In this document: piece after piece, positions 61,179 through 64,000 of the stretch
How the letters are laid out: the number at the start of each line of letters is the position of its first letter
Position numbering within the stretch: position 1 is the stretch's first letter
Source: a virus
UHGV virus genome: UHGV-0142425
Strand: one strand, 5' to 3'
DNA length: 64,000 nt
Translations under genes and position numbers: made by a program
Notes under the pieces: generated by a model
Told to the model about the DNA's origin: nothing
What the model saw: the letters and a program-made list of their open reading frames with translations, nothing else
Databases searched by the model: none

Positions 61179-64000
61179 ATGAATGACGTTACAGTTGTTA
61201 CATCAGTTACTTACCCATCACCCGAGTCGTTGGCTCTGGTGGCTGATGTGCAATACCACGAACCATATCTGTCAGCCGCGCTAAACCGAAAATTCAGGGG
61301 GATTGTTGACCCGGGATTTTATGCCGGTTTCTTACCTAAGCCTGGCGGTGGGATGAACCTGTTAATCACCTCAGTGGATGGTGATAAAACCGCAGGCGCG
61401 GCGTCAGTGGATATTGGTGAATTCTACCAGGTAACTATTCAGCAACGTACGGATATTTCTCTTGCACTTAGCGCAGGTAAGAAATATGCAATTGTGCTGA
61501 AGGGAAGATACCTCCTTGGAGAGGATACCTATCAGGTTAATACCGCGTCACATATTCATGCGGCTGAATTTGTTACCAGAACCTATACCGATTCATATCA
61601 GTTAGGAGATGGGGAGCTGCTTGTTTGTACGGTGAATATCCCTGCTGGCGTATCAGCCATTACCCAGGAGATGATTGATACATCCGAGCGTATTAACCGC
61701 ACGATCGGCATTGATATTTCAGACTCTGTAACCAGTACCAGAAGTGATGTTGCGGCAAGTTCGCTGGCGGTTAAAAAAGCCTACGATCTGGCAAAAAGCA
61801 AGTATACGGCGCAGGATGCAAGCACAACGCAAAAGGGATTAGTTCAGCTCAGTAGCGAAACTAACAGCGACAGCGAAACAATGGCGGCGACCCCTAAAGC
61901 CGTTAAGTCTGTAAAAGATCTTGCTGATACCAAAGCGCCAATAGAAAGCCCGAGTCTGACAGGAACGCCAACCGCGCCGACGGCAGCGCAAGGTACAAAC
62001 AGCACGCAGATCGCAAATACAGCCTTTGTTAAGGCAGCTATAACTGCACTTATCAACGGTGCGCCTGGCACACTGGATACGCTGAAAGAAATAGCGGCTG
62101 CGATCAATAACGACCCGAATTTCAGCACAACTATCAACAATGCCCTGGCTCTTAAAGCTCCTTTAGCAAGTCCTGCATTAACGGGAATACCTACTGCGCC
62201 TACCGCTGCACAGGGTACGAATAACACGCAGATTGCTACGACCGCTTATGTAAGAGCTGCCATATCAGCATTGGTTGGTTCATCACCAGAAGCTCTTGAT
62301 ACCCTGAATGAGCTTGCCGCAGCACTTGGTAATGACCCGAACTTTGCGACAACAATGACAAATGCGCTGGCAGGCAAACAGCCTCTGGATGCAACTTTAA
62401 CCGCGCTTGCTGGTCTTGCTACAGGCGCAAATAAATTGCCGTACTTTACCGGTACAGACACTGTTTCTCAGACTGACTTAACGTCAGTCGGTCGCGATAT
62501 TCTGGCCAAAACAAGCGTCCTTGCTGTTATCCAATACCTTGGTTTAAGAGAACTCGGCACAAGCGGTGAAAAGATCCCCCTGTTGAACACGGCTAACACA
62601 TGGAGTGCACGCCAGACTTTCAACGGCGGGATCACCGGGGCGCTGACAGGGAATGCCGACACCGCGACGAAATTGAAAACAGCACGCACGATTGGCGGTG
62701 TGGCATTTGATGGCTCGGCCAATATCAATCTTCCAGGTGTAAATACAACAGGTAACCAGAACACCACGGGGAATGCTGCTACCGCGACAAAACTTGCGAC
62801 GGCAAGAAACATCAACGGTGTTAAGTTTGATGGTTCTGCGGACATTTCGATACCAACAATTACGTCCAGAGGGCGTGTTACTGCGCTCACCGGTACAACA
62901 CAAGGTGCTGCTACTGGATTGCAGATGTATGAGGCGTACAACAACGGCTATCCTTCTGCTTACGGGAATGTGCTTCATCTTAAGGGCGCAACGGCAGTTG
63001 GTGAAGGTGAGTTGTTCATAGGTTGGAGCGGTACAAGTGGTGCTCATGCGCCTGTACATGTACGTTCGCGACGAGATACTGATACAGCTAGTTGGTCTGA
63101 GTGGGCGCAGGTCTACACATCGAAAGATTCCATCCCTGGTGTAAATACCACGGGCAACCAGAACACAACTGGAAACGCGGCGTCTGCAACGAAGTTACAA
63201 ACGGCAAGAACTATTGGTGGTGTTTCATTTAATGGCACCGCAAACATCGACCTGCCGGGCGTGAATAAAACAGGTAATCAGAACACTACCGGCAATGCCG
63301 CAACCGCCACAAAACTACAAACAGCGCGCACCATTAATGGGGTTTCATTTGACGGTTCTAAAAACATTGAGCTAACTCCAAGGTCTATAGGCACGATTAA
63401 CTCAACAACCATGTCTTTTAGTGGTGGTGCAGGATGGTTCAGGCTGGCAACTGTAACCATGCCACAGGCCAGTTCCGTGGTTTACATAAGCCTGGTTGGT
63501 GGCGCAGGGTATAACGTTGGCTCCCCGCAGCAAGCTGGCATCTCTGAGCTGGTTTTGCGTGCAGGAAATGGGAATCCAAAAGGTATTACTGGTGCGTTAT
63601 GGCGACGGACCTCGGTTGGATTTACTAATTTTGCATGGGTGAATACATCCGGTGATACCTATGATGTTTATGTTGAAATAGGTAATTACGCCACAGGTGT
63701 TAATATCCAGTGGGATTATACAAAGGATGCAACTGTACAAATTCATACATCACCAACTTATACAGCGAATAAACCAACGGGCCTGACAGATGGAACGGTA
63801 TATGTCATTTACAGTTCACACATTAAACCGACCGCCACGGACGTCGGCGCATTACCAACAACCGGAGGCACGCTTACTGGCGGTTTAACGGCTGCTGGCG
63901 AGATTATTTCCAAATCGGCGAATGGTCTGCGCATTGCCTATGGCAACTATGGATTCTTTATCCGAAACGATGGTTCAAGCACATACTTCATGTTGACCAA
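61179..64000 (+). CDS. S: Tail fibre protein S, constant N-terminal part (5' partial, runs off window end)
   Basis: Manual translation from ATG 61179 stays open to the window edge; four copies of the fibre repeat GVNTTGNQNTTGNAATATKL-TAR-I-GV-FDGS. Confidence 0.7.
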   Translation, partial: MNDVTVVTSVTYPSPESLALVADVQYHEPYLSAALNRKFRGIVDPGFYAGFLPKPGGGMNLLITSVDGDKTAGAASVDIGEFYQVTIQQRTDISLALSAGKKYAIVLKGRYLLGEDTYQVNTASHIHAAEFVTRTYTDSYQLGDGELLVCTVNIPAGVSAITQEMIDTSERINRTIGIDISDSVTSTRSDVAASSLAVKKAYDLAKSKYTAQDASTTQKGLVQLSSETNSDSETMAATPKAVKSVKDLADTKAPIESPSLTGTPTAPTAAQGTNSTQIANTAFVKAAITALINGAPGTLDTLKEIAAAINNDPNFSTTINNALALKAPLASPALTGIPTAPTAAQGTNNTQIATTAYVRAAISALVGSSPEALDTLNELAAALGNDPNFATTMTNALAGKQPLDATLTALAGLATGANKLPYFTGTDTVSQTDLTSVGRDILAKTSVLAVIQYLGLRELGTSGEKIPLLNTANTWSARQTFNGGITGALTGNADTATKLKTARTIGGVAFDGSANINLPGVNTTGNQNTTGNAATATKLATARNINGVKFDGSADISIPTITSRGRVTALTGTTQGAATGLQMYEAYNNGYPSAYGNVLHLKGATAVGEGELFIGWSGTSGAHAPVHVRSRRDTDTASWSEWAQVYTSKDSIPGVNTTGNQNTTGNAASATKLQTARTIGGVSFNGTANIDLPGVNKTGNQNTTGNAATATKLQTARTINGVSFDGSKNIELTPRSIGTINSTTMSFSGGAGWFRLATVTMPQASSVVYISLVGGAGYNVGSPQQAGISELVLRAGNGNPKGITGALWRRTSVGFTNFAWVNTSGDTYDVYVEIGNYATGVNIQWDYTKDATVQIHTSPTYTANKPTGLTDGTVYVIYSSHIKPTATDVGALPTTGGTLTGGLTAAGEIISKSANGLRIAYGNYGFFIRNDGSSTYFMLT

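Noticed and set aside
61844-63460. Minus-strand ORFs of 127-171 aa inside the S tail-fibre gene
   Set aside because: Lie within a long continuous plus-strand frame with fibre repeats; alanine-rich antisense artefacts

Overview
This window looks like a P1-like temperate phage-plasmid (Punavirus-type backbone), read in reverse orientation relative to the usual P1 map. All calls rest on reading the sequence and the supplied ORF track plus recollection of the P1 literature; no database search or RNA folding was run. Recognised backbone, left to right: 3' end of a c1-like gene, pacB and pacA with the GATC-rich pac site inside pacA, lpa, phd/doc, LexA-boxed humD, ban helicase, four tRNA genes, a TerB-like gene, dmt, hrdC, the RepA/iteron plasmid replicon (oriR/incC, incA), parA-parB-parS, capsid/sheath/tube candidates, a hok/mok/sok-type locus, repL-kilA-ant-icd-c4, then a late operon with Sit, baseplate genes and the 5' part of tail-fibre gene S. 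At least nine sites match the 17-bp C1 operator ATTGCTCTAATAAATTT. The part least explained is 6.2-21.7 kb: about 35 small minus-strand early genes in three C1-operator-controlled units. These include Ea22-like, DUF551, ASCH-like, PD-(D/E)xK, VRR-NUC, TraR-like, Toprim-like, HAD, a GT-A-like glycosyltransferase, a lambda-type phosphatase and two MptE/DUF115-like paralogues. The best candidates for an undescribed system are the glycosyltransferase/phosphatase/MptE-like module (18.1-21.7 kb), the HAD plus 420-aa coiled-coil unit, a tandem pair of Zn-ribbon paralogues, and the tRNA operon with its structured leader. No integrase, transposase, IS element, CRISPR array or reverse transcriptase was seen.
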